Source of the DNA: Enoplolaimus lenunculus
Taxonomy: Eukaryota
Direction: 5' to 3'
Assembly: GCA_030248215.1 (NCBI GenBank)
Contig: JASANG010001128.1
Coordinates: 62,001-126,000 of the forward strand
Length of the DNA: 64,000 nt
Part shown: positions 48,266-59,822 of the stretch, piece by piece
Layout: each line of letters begins with the position of its first letter
Numbering within the stretch: the stretch's first letter is position 1
Notes under the pieces: generated by a model
Databases searched by the model: none
What the model saw: only the letters and a program-made list of their open reading frames with translations
Told to the model about the DNA's origin: nothing
Position numbers and translations under genes: made by a program

Positions 48266-50027
48266 GTAAGCAAATACATACTGTCGTTTTGGGCCAATGT
48301 TACTTTTAGGGCCGTAACAGTAAATTAAGTGTATTCCTAAGCCTATGCTTAAGCGTTGCAAAAAACCCTAAGCCTAAGCAAAAAAGTGTAGTCTAGAATG
48401 TAAGCCTACTCTTTTACAGACCCACTAGAAACCGGGACGGCCCTAAAAGTAACATGGACCTCACCTTGAATGGGCTACCCACAAGGAACGGACCAAGGGG
48501 GGGTATTGGGTGCCCGTGAACCCCCTTTGTATAAAAAATTTGTCAAATATAAATTCGAAATCTGTTTCGAGTCTGCATGGCATCTTGGCGACAAGTCCCC
48601 TCTGGCGATTCAAAATGCCGTTGTGTTTCACATAGTTTGGCCCTTTTGGTGCTTATCATTGGCATTTGTTTACGTTTTTCGGTTATTTCATTTTTTATTT
48701 AGTGGTCACTTAACCAAACCTGTGTGGATCCCTTTCTAATTTTTTTCTGGTTCCGTCCGTAAGCCAAGCCAGCAGCCCCAGCTCACCGTCCTAGAGAGAC
48801 TAAGTATTGTTCAGGAGCAACATACAACAGTTTTCGATGACTTGCAACAAGTAAGATTGATAATTTTTTAGGGGTGCCAAAATCTGTTCCAGCGGGGCTG
48901 AGCATAAAAATTAGTCTATTTTTCACAAGTATTCCGAAAATTTTACTGGATCAATCCGAGTAGTGAAGCGTCGCCGACAGGGTGAGCCACTCACAGGGGG
49001 TAGGAGGGTTGCAAGTATACATATACATATATATAAATATATATATGCAATTAGCAATAAAATTATATATATATAATTTATTGCTAATTGCATTCTAACT
49101 TGCAATGCTTCCTGAAACGCAGTGCAATTATACACACTTTAGCTTTACGTTTTTTCTTGCCGGCAGAAGCGTAACAAGAGGGTGTTCCTAGGCCCTCCAA
49201 TCGTATTCATTCTTTCCAACTAAACAAATTCCCATATTTGGACCAATCGTTGACGACTTTGCCAGTTCTATCTTAAGGATCAATATTTTAATCGTGTTTT
49301 CCGGCTGGCGACTCCCAGGAATGAAAATTTCTCTGTCATCGACGTCTCGGCAGTGGATGCTGTCAGTAACGTTTAACAGGGGTGTGATATATTATAGTGA
49401 ACAAAAAGCTCGCGTGTAACGCATCCGAGAAGCCAAACGCAACTTCATTCCTTTAATTTGGTTTTGATCCCTATTGGAGGTAGACATCCCTGCGCTGGTT
49501 GGGATCCTCGGTGATCCGGCACATGATTGGTGGCCTTGTTTATAAACTACTTGAACTTTTCTGTACGGCTTCTATGAAGATTATATATTATTGAACAGAG
49601 CAGCAACTAAGCAAGAGTCATTTTGAATGGTTTTTCAAGTTTTACGTAGCTTATGCAGAAGAAAATATTTGCATCTGTACGCAATGTATTCCTCTGTCGA
49701 TTACAGTCGAAAGAACGCAAAAAGATTGTTTCAGCAAGATTGGAAATCTCCTAAGAGGGGCCAAAAATTTTCCAGGGGGGCTGAGCCCCCTGGTTCCCAC
49801 TTGGCTACGGGTCCGATCGGCGAAGGCTATAGAATAAGCTGTTGAATAGAAATATGCTCCTATATTACATAATTCTTAGCTAAGGATAGTTGCGTTGCGC
49901 AATTTGGACTAAATATTAAGATAAATGTTCAACACATGTTCGTAGCCAACTCACCTTGCTAGGCGGCTGACAATTTTTCAGGAGGGACATATAAGTTTCT
50001 AGGGGCAAATTCTTTCAACGGGCTGAT

Positions 50028-50276
50028 CACTGTAAATTTCAGTGAGTTAATTTTAACTCAGAATGAGTTGAATCACTCAGACTGAGTTAGGACTATCAGA
50101 ACTCTGAATTTTCAGTTGAGTCAATTCACTCTGAGTTAATCAATCAACTCACCCAGAGTCAACTCAACTCAGAGTGATAATCAACTCGACTCAGAGTGAG
50201 TTAAAGTTTACTGTTATTAACTCAGAAATCAACTCGCTAGTTGAATTGATTAATCAACTCATTGGAATTTACAGTG
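50028..50276. mobile_element. Family C CMC/EnSpm-like MITE (CACTGTAAATT ends), inserted in a family F copy
   Basis: TIR of about 25 bp and many AACTCA/TGAGTT subterminal repeats; other copies at 537-786, about 3464-3724, about 4487-4727 and 4837-5080. Confidence 0.8.
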
Positions 50277-50380
50277 ACCCTTCCTCTGGCTAACAGCCAG
50301 TACAACTTTGCTATATATCATTATTCGAAGGACTAAACCTGGCTTCTCCCGAACTGTACAACGCTGGATCGGGCCGTCTG

Positions 50381-50543
50381 CAGGCGCGTAGCCAGACCTT
50401 GTTTTCGGGGGCTAAACATTTTTTCAGGTTGGGAATACAAGGGTTTTTGTCGATCTATCAGCAAGGTGAGAATTTACTAGGGGCGCCAAACTTTTTCCTG
50501 TGGGAGCTGAGCACCCCCTGGCCGATCCTTGCCTACAGGCCCG
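50381..50543 (+). mobile_element. Family F hAT-like MITE
   Basis: Perfect TSD GCCGTCTG. Confidence 0.87.
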
Positions 50544-53213
50544 GCCGTCTGCAGTCCGGACCGAATAATTATGGCATTGGCGGACCATCAGTCCGATCCG
50601 GAAGGTAACCAACACTCTCACTAATAATCGCTTCATTGAAATTGCTGACCGATTTGCGTAATTTTAGCACCGTTCATCATCATACGGTATCGAACATGAG
50701 GCACGATAGTCATCAAAGATATACCGAACCGTTGTCAATTTCACGTCGGGTTTGGTATAGCACCCCTAGTATACCACCCGCCCCCCAATACCCCGGCTAC
50801 AAATTGCAAAGACGCCAGCTGGTCAATGTCGATAGACACCCCTGTCTAATCGGGCCAGTAGCCAAGAGTGGGGTGAAAGGACTCAGCCGCCCGAGAAAAA
50901 TACCCCACCGAAAATTTTCAACCTTGCTTGTAAGTCAACAAAAATTCATGTATGTCCTTTCGGAAAAATTTGTTCGCTCCCTTCCCAGCAAGGCGAGCTG
51001 GCTACTGGGTCTGTGTCTCATACTTCGCACTAGCGAATTATACCGCAATCGGTGTGTTTTAATGCATATAAAATATCGTCGTAATAAATGTAAATATTTC
51101 ATTTTTTGAATTATATTATCGAGTATTTCGTTGTTTGAGGTTGTATAAAAGTTTAAAAGTTGCAAAAAATCTATTTTTTTTGCTAAAGCGAGGTACACAA
51201 TGGTAACTCAAATAATTTTTTACAACGTCTATTCACTGAGTCAATATTGCCGTTGCAAAACTTGTCAACAATATCTTTAAGATACGTTTATGGAACAACT
51301 GGAGTGCGCCGATTCATCGGCATCGGTAATAATCGGCACTTTTCGTGAGTATCGACATTGGTGTATTTTGTAAATAAATATCGGTGTCGGCATCGGCAAC
51401 AATTTTGGTATCGGCACATCCCTAGTAACAGTAGATTTAGCACCAACTATATACTTTTTTCTGTAGAAAAACTATTTTAGAGAGGCACTCAGGATGTGTA
51501 AACGGATAGTAAAAATAACGGAAACGGATAGCAATTAAAATAATGGGAACGGAAAACGGGTACTGAAGTAAAGTGTCAAAGATATATTATTTTTGTGCCA
51601 ACACAATTGTGGCGTGTAAATATTCAAGGGGCTTTCTAAAATCTTAAAGACAAAATAGAGAATCCATCGAAATTTTTAAGATTTTGGATGAATTTCGTAA
51701 TTTTTATTTCATTTCGAACAATTACAGCATGTCTGTAGATGTTTATGAGGTGCTTATAGTCTTCCGCTTCAAATTTAGGCTTAGTCTTGAAAAACGGCTT
51801 ACCTATGCCTAAGCCTTTGTTTAAGCTTTTACCTACGCTTAAGATATAAAATTTGGAGGAAGCATTAAACCCGTATCCAGCTCATCCTGCTAGGATGGGG
51901 TTTAAATATTTTTCAGTAGGGGCATACAATGATTTTTTAATAATTTCTATATCCAATTACATTTTGCTTAGTTAATACGAAATGTTTCGCGGATATATAT
52001 AGAATACGACGGGATTTCATAGAACGTACGTAATATATACCTTTCCGAAATTTCTGAATAGTTAAAATATTACTTTTTATATTTTTATTTTTCGGTGATA
52101 ACCAAAAATTGACCGAGACGGAGACTTTTCTTTGCTGGTCTCAGTATTCCGCTGTCGGTGTCGGTTTTTAACCGCGAGACTGCCCATCCCTACCCTCCCA
52201 ATCTCATAATTTGCACATGGCTGCGATATCGCTGTGTTTGCACTTTTCCTTGCGTGCAGACTGCACTGCACGTTGTTTCGCAGCGTTGCGTAATTCGAAC
52301 AGTTTTTGCAACTCCTTTGCAATATCTCAAAAAAATTGCAAAATATTTTTATGTTTGAGAAATGTTACAATTTAGAAAATACATTTTTCTTCTTAAATAT
52401 TGTAAACATGCAGATAAATAAACTGTTTGCAGCGGATTAGCCACGAAGAGAGTATAACTTTTAACTGAACGCTTGTTCGAATTCAAATTATTTTTTTTTT
52501 CAATTTTTAGAAAATTACGTTCAGTTGAGTTACCAAATTTGACAAAAATTCACCAATTTTAAACGTATTTTTATAAATTTTGAGATATATTTCAAATGTG
52601 TAACCCTTCGTACGCGTTGATTATTTATATTTTCAATTTTAGAATTTCAGATTTCATTTTCAGAAATTATTGTTCTAGTTTTACAAACTGTTGGAGGGAC
52701 GATGTGTAGAAATAGTGCTGCAGATCAATAGCAGATTGTCGGCGAGATTAAGAGACACAATTTCAAAATGTTTACTGATTAATCGGGATAAACTTACTTT
52801 AATTTTTTTACTTGTTTTCACTATTTTTAAATTTGACAAAAATGGGAAATAAACCAGAATTTAGAAAAATGGATACTAAAAACGAGTGATTTAGAGTGGG
52901 TGGGGTAGGCAAACAGTGAGAGTAAGTAGAGATCAAACCGGTAGCTGACGTCAATGAGCGGGGTTCCGTTTATTCGCCCGACTCCAAAAACATAATCTTT
53001 AGACTATTCTTGTTTACTTTAGGCTTAGGCCTAGGCTTAGGTTTAGGTTTATCCTTACGCTGAAGCTTAGGCTCAGGAATATGTTTATAGTACTGGTTCA
53101 TTTGTGAAAGTAACATTAGCATAGGGACCGCTGCCAATGGCTTATATATAGCATACAGTAAAAAATTTTGTTTCATAACAAGTGCCAGCTAGCCCCCACC
53201 TGTCAGAAATTTC

Positions 53214-53408
53214 GGCCAATGTTACTTTTAGGAGCATAACAGTAGATTAAGCGTATTCCTAAACCTAAGCGTAAGCGTTGCAAAAATGTGTTCCTAAGCA
53301 TAATTAATTCTAAGCCTAAGCGTAAGCAAAAAAATCTAATCTAGAATCTGAACCTACTGTTTTATAGATCCACCAAAAACCTGGCCGCCCCTTAAAGTAA
53401 CATGGGCC
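53214..53408 (-). mobile_element. Family A2 MITE nested in a family B end
   Basis: Perfect TSD GAAATTTC. Confidence 0.9.
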
Positions 53409-54405
53409 GAAATTTCTAGATCCGCCGCTACTCAGCTCCACAACCGGTGTCAAACGAATTTAAATCTTTGAAATATAAAAACAAACTCTGTTTTCAAAAG
53501 GACGTAAGACATTCAAAAACAAATTTTGAATATATTCGCTTTACGTTTATTATAGAACAATCCCAGGAGGAATTGGAAAGCTTAAATTTGTACAAAAATT
53601 TTCAAAATCAGACCATTTTTCTGGCAAACGCCGGCTAGAATATACTGCGACAGCGCCTAAATGCTACCAATCAAAACAGCGATTACCAGGCACTGCCGAC
53701 AAGTTTATTTTTAACAATTTTAAATTGTGTTACTTGTGTTTTTAAAACCTTTTCTATGAAATTGCAAATTTTAGCTTAATGTACGCTATTACCTGCTTGA
53801 TAGATAAGAGACTATGGCGCTCAAATCGTAGAGATTAAGTTTTATTAACTGCGCATTAGCTTACAAAAGTATTGTTTACTGTAATTTCCGTAGGTTAAGG
53901 TAGTTGATTTTCAAAATAATCGACACTACGAGAAGTACAGGACTTGTACGGTGTTGTGTCGGCCCGAGGTGACTTTCAAGTCTTGTGGAGATTTTGTACT
54001 GTGCATATGCGTAATAATGTTTAAATAGTGCACTGTGTGTTATTTTGCATACGCAGTTAGTGCAGCTGTTGCTTCGTCGAGTAGTATATATGTCGTAGCC
54101 CAAGTCGTTATTCAGCCTAATTCCAAATTGGGCCAGTCCAATGCGCAATTACGACTTGGGCTTACGCTAGGTGGATTCATGTCTGGAAAAGCTGTGCATT
54201 TTTTTGATTGATTACTTGATATCGGCAAGTTTGTTTAGTAAAACAAACGCAGTCAACACGTATTTAACGATTACTTTGCCAAATAGAAAACAGTATTCGC
54301 ATCAGCTAATCGTATTTGAATACGACATTAAGATGGTAACCAATCACAAGGCGTGCACTTGTAGCAGAGAAAGAATTACACTGTGGGCTAGCCAAAATCG
54401 TTATT

Positions 54406-54582
54406 CGGGCCCGTAACCAAGGGGGGGCAGGGGAAGCCCAGTCCAGCCTGAAATTTTTTTTGGCCCTTCTAGAAGATTTTCAGTCTTGCTTGTAAGTCAC
54501 TGAAAACCCTTGAATGTCCCTCCTTAAAATTTTTACCCCCCCCCCCCCCCCCCTCCAGCAAGGTGAGCTGGCGACGGCCCTG
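54406..54582 (-). mobile_element. Family F hAT-like MITE (CAGGCCCGTAGCC ends); roughly 25 copies or fragments in the window
   Basis: Perfect 8-bp TSD TCGTTATT; family core GACTTACAAGCAAGGTTGAAAATTTT. Confidence 0.87.
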
Positions 54583-54863
54583 TCGTTATTCCGTGCTTGA
54601 CCAGCCCAATTCGGAATTGGGCTCAATTAAAGCTTGGGTTGCGTTAAAATTTTGATGAAAAATTCAAGACCGTACGTACCGAATCAAAGTCATGCATCCG
54701 ATTACACTACGCTATTCTGTCCCACTATTCGTTACGCTCATCGTGTGACCCATGAAACATGGTAGCTAGGGTTAACAGCCAAAACATTTTCGTTTTATTT
54801 ACTAGTAAAATTATTGTGAACGGCGCATTATATCGTTTCTCATTTTTTTTTGTTTATTTTCAG

Positions 54864-57734
54864 CAAGAAATACATCAGCAATTTAAACGGCAACAACGCG
54901 TATCGCTTACGACGTTGAACACAATCCGTGTTCCTTGTGCCGATATTCAAAGCTCACCTGATTCGAACAGCCACCATTCGCCCCCTCTGTTTGTTCCACA
55001 ACGTTTTACATGGGCAGTACCACCTGACACAGAAACGATAACGAACAACAGAGTGCATGACCGTTTGCAAATGGCTCAAAATGTGCCTTTAACAATGGCT
55101 AACGCAGCCAGTTACAATCAACAAGATCAGGTAACCAATCAAAATAAAGACGATCGATTAGCCAATCAGAATCAAACTGTTCGATTAATTAATCACCGTG
55201 ACAGTGATCGATTAACCAATGAGATTCGAGATGGTCAATTAGCTACTAGTCAGAATCAAGTAGATCAATTAACCAATCAGAACTTAGGTAATCGATCAGC
55301 CGCCATTGAGAAGCAAGAACATCAGTTTAATAATCGCAGCCCAAACGATCAATTGAGCAATCAAAATCAAGGCGTCCGATTGAATAATCGCAGTGGAACG
55401 GATAAATTAGCCAATCAGATTCCACGTGACCAAACAGCCAATCAGAGTAAAGATAACTCGTTCTACAAACAGTATCAACTCAATAGTGAACCAAAATTAG
55501 CCAATCACAATGTGGAAAACGTTCCGAACGGCAAACGCCGAGTCCGCAAGTCTTCACGGCAACGTAGTGCAGAGTTTGCGAGACATGCATCCGAAAGTTC
55601 GCTGAGCAATTTGAAAGGCCGGCCTCCTCAAATTGGCACTGGATTCGCCGTCACAGGTACATCTAGTCAATATTTGATTGGTTCTTGCCGCGGGAAGTTT
55701 GCATCGGATTCTTCGGATGGTGACGGTATTCAGAATGAAAATCTGTACGAAGGGGGCTCACAAACGGCGCTGACACCCCATACAGCTTCTCCAGCTCGAA
55801 AACGATTTGCGAACAATAAAATTCTAAGGCGACATAGTAGTAATAAACAACGAATTACCAACGAGTTTGTTCCTATCTCTAACATTTCTCATGAGCCTAA
55901 ATTTGGGACAGCAACAAATAATGTAAAGGTACAATTAAACCAACCTATGGGTCAAGATTTTCTTGGCCCTACTCAGAAGGATTCCGGCGTAACTGTTCGG
56001 AAGCCCCAAATTCCAAAATCAAACGCTGATCTTTATCTTGAAGTCCGCAACAGCGGAGTCGATTTAACAAGCGTTGACGCCATAATTCAATGGACCAATC
56101 AGATTAAAGACGATTTCGATACAAGTATCACATTAGCGAATAAAAATCGGTGCATTAGCAATGTACCCGAAACCCTTCAGTCGCGTAATCATGGCGCTGA
56201 AGCCACCCGTGCCCGTGAAGATTCCAGAGCTAATCATAATGATGTAAACTACAAATCGATCAATAGCGAAACAATTTCGGCCAATAAAATTGAAGATGAC
56301 CAGGGACGCGATCCTGGACGGAACTCTACTGATTTCTCATTGGACAATCAACACAAAACCTTGACCTGCGGAACGAATAGGGAACGTTTAGTCACCACGA
56401 AAAATATTAAAACCAATCAGCGTTGTAAAACCGTGCAAGAAATTCATTTAACGACAAACTTCAAACCGAGGTTATCGCCAGCTTTTTCATCCTTGGAAAC
56501 CGAATGTCACAATATCCACTTACCTCATAGATCTTGTGCCCGTCAAGTATCTTCCAAGCACCCAAGTTTAAATGTAGATGAAAATCCACAATTGATATCA
56601 TCGAGATACAGCTCAATCAAGTCATCAAGACACCAACAGCAGCCTACGGAGTCACCCCGTCACTCAAAACGTTCCGTTTCCCAGCCTCGATGTGCTCGAT
56701 CCCCTCTTGCTAAGTCTCATTCTACCCAGGCAGAGCTCAAGCACATCAACTCTCGACCTAGCTACCGAACAAAAACGAATTTTGTACTAAATAAATCTCT
56801 TAGCGACATAGCTAGTGGCTTTTCAAACCAAATGGCGGGAACTACTCAAATCAACGATATTTCACGCTCAGACGCATCGTTGAAATCAATTCAAGACTCG
56901 CTTGATGCCGCAATTCAAGATTTGCTCAGTATTGGCAGTTTACTATCAATGCCGGACGCTAAGGACCGCGCCTTACCGGCCGACGGCGGCCATTCGCTAA
57001 TGACACAATCTATGAGCGAATTTGACAGCGGTGAGCTGCGAAACTCACAAACGTCGCTAAAAAGTTTAGAATCACGGCGTTTACTGAAACAATTAGAAAC
57101 CAAATATTCAGACTCAAACTCGGCGAGCAATCCTCGAAGAGTGGCTAGCTACGCAATTAGCGCGGACAATCTAAACGTTGGCTTTGAGCGTAGCTTACGC
57201 GACACTGCTTGCAGTTTAAGTCTGGCTGAAAAACAACAAATTACTCAACAATCATCACTAAGAGCCGCTGAACACAATTCAGATATGGATAATTTTGACT
57301 TAGACTCAGAAATAGACGCGTTGCTTGGGAACAAGCAGCCCTTGCAGCAAAACGGTTGTCCTACCGAAGATAACTGGCTACCCCTAGGTAAACAAGGTCT
57401 CTCCCAGGACTCTCATCATTCCTCAAATGGAACTCTGAACGGAGGACCTCGGTCTGATCCCCCAACGCCAACCAATAATCAACCTGCCGATTTGCAATGC
57501 AGCAAAACTGCAATTTCTGCAATTAGCAATTGTGCCGTTCAATCTGAAAGCCAGGTCCGGTTACGTAGCAAGCCATCAGATTGCTCACCCTCCGCTGATA
57601 GTCGAGATTGTAAATCAGCGTTTACCCCGTATGCTGAACAGCAAATTCCAATCGCTTCCAGAAGCACAAATGCCGATGAAGATGAAAAAACCAAACGGTT
57701 TGCAGTGATCCGAACCGATTCAGATAATTTAGAG
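54864..57734 (+). CDS. Large coding exon (957 codons) of an unidentified S/N/Q-rich, probably disordered protein
   Basis: Inside the 1011-codon ORF; TTTATTTTCAG acceptor at 54863; GAG|GTAAGT donor at 57734; phase 0 at both ends; TE-free. Confidence 0.85.
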
Positions 57735-57899
57735 GTAAGTCAATCCGGTATTTGTTCGATATTTCGATACATTTATCACCAGTCAGTGATATGATTTGAA
57801 ACAAACTGTTACAATTATTGCTAAAACGATTCTGACGAAGCGTTTAATACTTCATCGACTTTGAATGTTACACAAGATCGATCAGCAACTGGTTTACAG

Positions 57900-57989
57900 G
57901 ATGCAGTTGCGATTCAAGATCGCAGGCCATGGCATACGAATTTCTCAAGCGTCACCAGAGCCAGAACCAAACTGAGATGTTTTGCCTAA
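57900..57989 (+). CDS. Candidate terminal exon (DAVAIQDRRPWHTNFSSVTRARTKLRCFA*)
   Basis: TTTACAG acceptor, phase 0 matches the donor at 57734, TAA at 57987-57989. Confidence 0.4.
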   Translation, partial: DAVAIQDRRPWHTNFSSVTRARTKLRCFA

Positions 57990-58650
57990 TGATGTTGAAT
58001 TTGCTAATTTTAAATGCAATTCCTGCACGACATTCCGCAACAAGCCCGTAGCCAGATGCCCTTGCTAGGAGCCAGCTCCTTACAGAGGGCTAAATTTTTT
58101 TCTGGAAGGGCATACAAGGGTATTCAATGCCTTTCAAGCAACGTTGAAAATTTTTAGGGGGGGGCTCAAAATTTTAGGGGTACGCTGAGCCCCCCTGGTT
58201 ATCCTTTGGCTACGGACCGTTTTGCAACGAAGCTCTACATCTTTACTAGTTCGTATGGTGAAGAATTAATTACTAACTGGTGATAGGTGCTATATAACAC
58301 ATTGGCTTCGCATCCATACGCTTGCCTCACGTCATTTAAGTCCTTTTTGAAACTTTATTTAACAAAGATGAATTTGAGAACTAATTTTTTCGTTCTGGTA
58401 TAAAATGGAAATTTGGCCAGCGAGAAATTTTATTTTTAATACCAATGGCTTAAAGGCGGCAGCCTGGTGAGTTAACATCAGCGTCGCCGAATGTTACTTA
58501 AAAAGTTCGGGAGTCACACCAAGGGTGTCGTAGCCAGAGCCAGGACTGCGATGGCTTTTCTGATTTTGGCCCATTTTACTTAAAGGCGCGTCCACGTTTC
58601 GCGTGAGTGTATAGAAAAGTAGGTTTAGATTCTAGATTACAGTTTTTGCT

Positions 58651-59158
58651 TAGGATTAGGCTTAGGAACTCATTTTTGCAACACTTAGGATTAGGCTTAG
58701 GAACTCATTTTTGCAACACTTAGGCTTAGGCTTAGGAACTCATTTTTGCAACATTTAGGCTTAGGCTTAGGAACTTATTTTTGCAACACTTAGGCTTAGG
58801 CTTAGGAACTCATTTTTGCAACACTTAGGCTTAGGCTTAGGAACTCATTTTTGCAACACTTAGGCTTAGGCTTAGGAACTCATTTTTGCAACACTTAGGC
58901 TTAGGCTTAGGAACTCATTTTTGCAACACTTAGGCTTAGGCTTAGGAACTCATCTTTGCAACACTTAGGCTTAGGCTTAGGAACTCATTTTTGCAACACT
59001 TAGGCTTAGACTTAGGAACTCATTTTTGCAACACTTAGGCTTAGACTTAGGAACTCATTTTTGCAACACTTAGGCTTAGACTTAGGAACTCATTTTTGCA
59101 ACACTTAGGCTTAGGCTTAGGAACTCATTTTTGCAACACTTAGGCTTAGGCTTAGGAA
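58651..59158. repeat. 35-bp minisatellite, about 14 copies, inside a family A2 MITE starting near 58568
   Basis: Unit TTAGGCTTAGGCTTAGGAACTCATTTTTGCAACAC. Confidence 0.95.
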
Positions 59159-59552
59159 CAGTCAATTGACCAAAAATTGTTTTACTGCACTCCATTTATC
59201 TCTTGATAAGATAACTGTAATACAGCCAGACAATACCACATTCTTAGAATTAAACCTAAATCGTTCGCTGTTTTGATTTGAAGTCATGCTCGCAACCAGA
59301 AATTATCACGAGACGGAGTAGGGATATTAACAGAGGAATTAATGTAATTTTTTTCTCAGCGTAAAACTCTTTTAATGCTGTCGAATGAATTTTTCGACCA
59401 GGAGTGGTGGAGAAGATGTTAGCTGAAATGAGGCATGCGTCCTTGATCCTACCTGGTTTCACTACTCGAAGCCTGTAGCCGCTTGAAAATCTATGACCTT
59501 GCTTTTGGGTAAATTCTAAGTGGTTCCTATGCCATATTCTGTTTAGCTCTAC

Positions 59553-59822
59553 TCACAAATTTAGGCGTATAACCTGATTTTTCTATGTCCACCCACAAAT
59601 TTAGGCTTATAACCTGATATCTTCTATGTCCACCCACAAATCTAGGCTAATAACCTGATTTTTTCTATGTCCACCCACAAATCTAGGCTTATAACCTGAT
59701 TTTTCTATGTCCACCCACAAATTTAGGCTTATAACCTGATTTTTCTATGTCCACCCACAAATCTAGGCTTATAACCTGATTTTTCTATGCCCACCCACAA
59801 ATTTAGGTTTATAACCTGGTTT
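59553..59822. repeat. 41-bp minisatellite, about 6 copies
   Basis: Unit CCACCCACAAATTTAGGCTTATAACCTGATTTTTTCTATGT. Confidence 0.93.

Noticed and set aside
54759..54863. ATG at 54759 as the start of a single-exon 1011-aa protein
   Set aside because: The first 35 codons run through a T-rich tract and acceptor, and the last 19 follow a consensus donor; both are probably intronic
2100..57830. Non-canonical GT-AA introns (CAA/TAA acceptors near 2165, 3956, 48212 and 57823)
   Set aside because: Canonical AG acceptors give better or phase-compatible exons in each case (1216, 2281, 48180, 57900)
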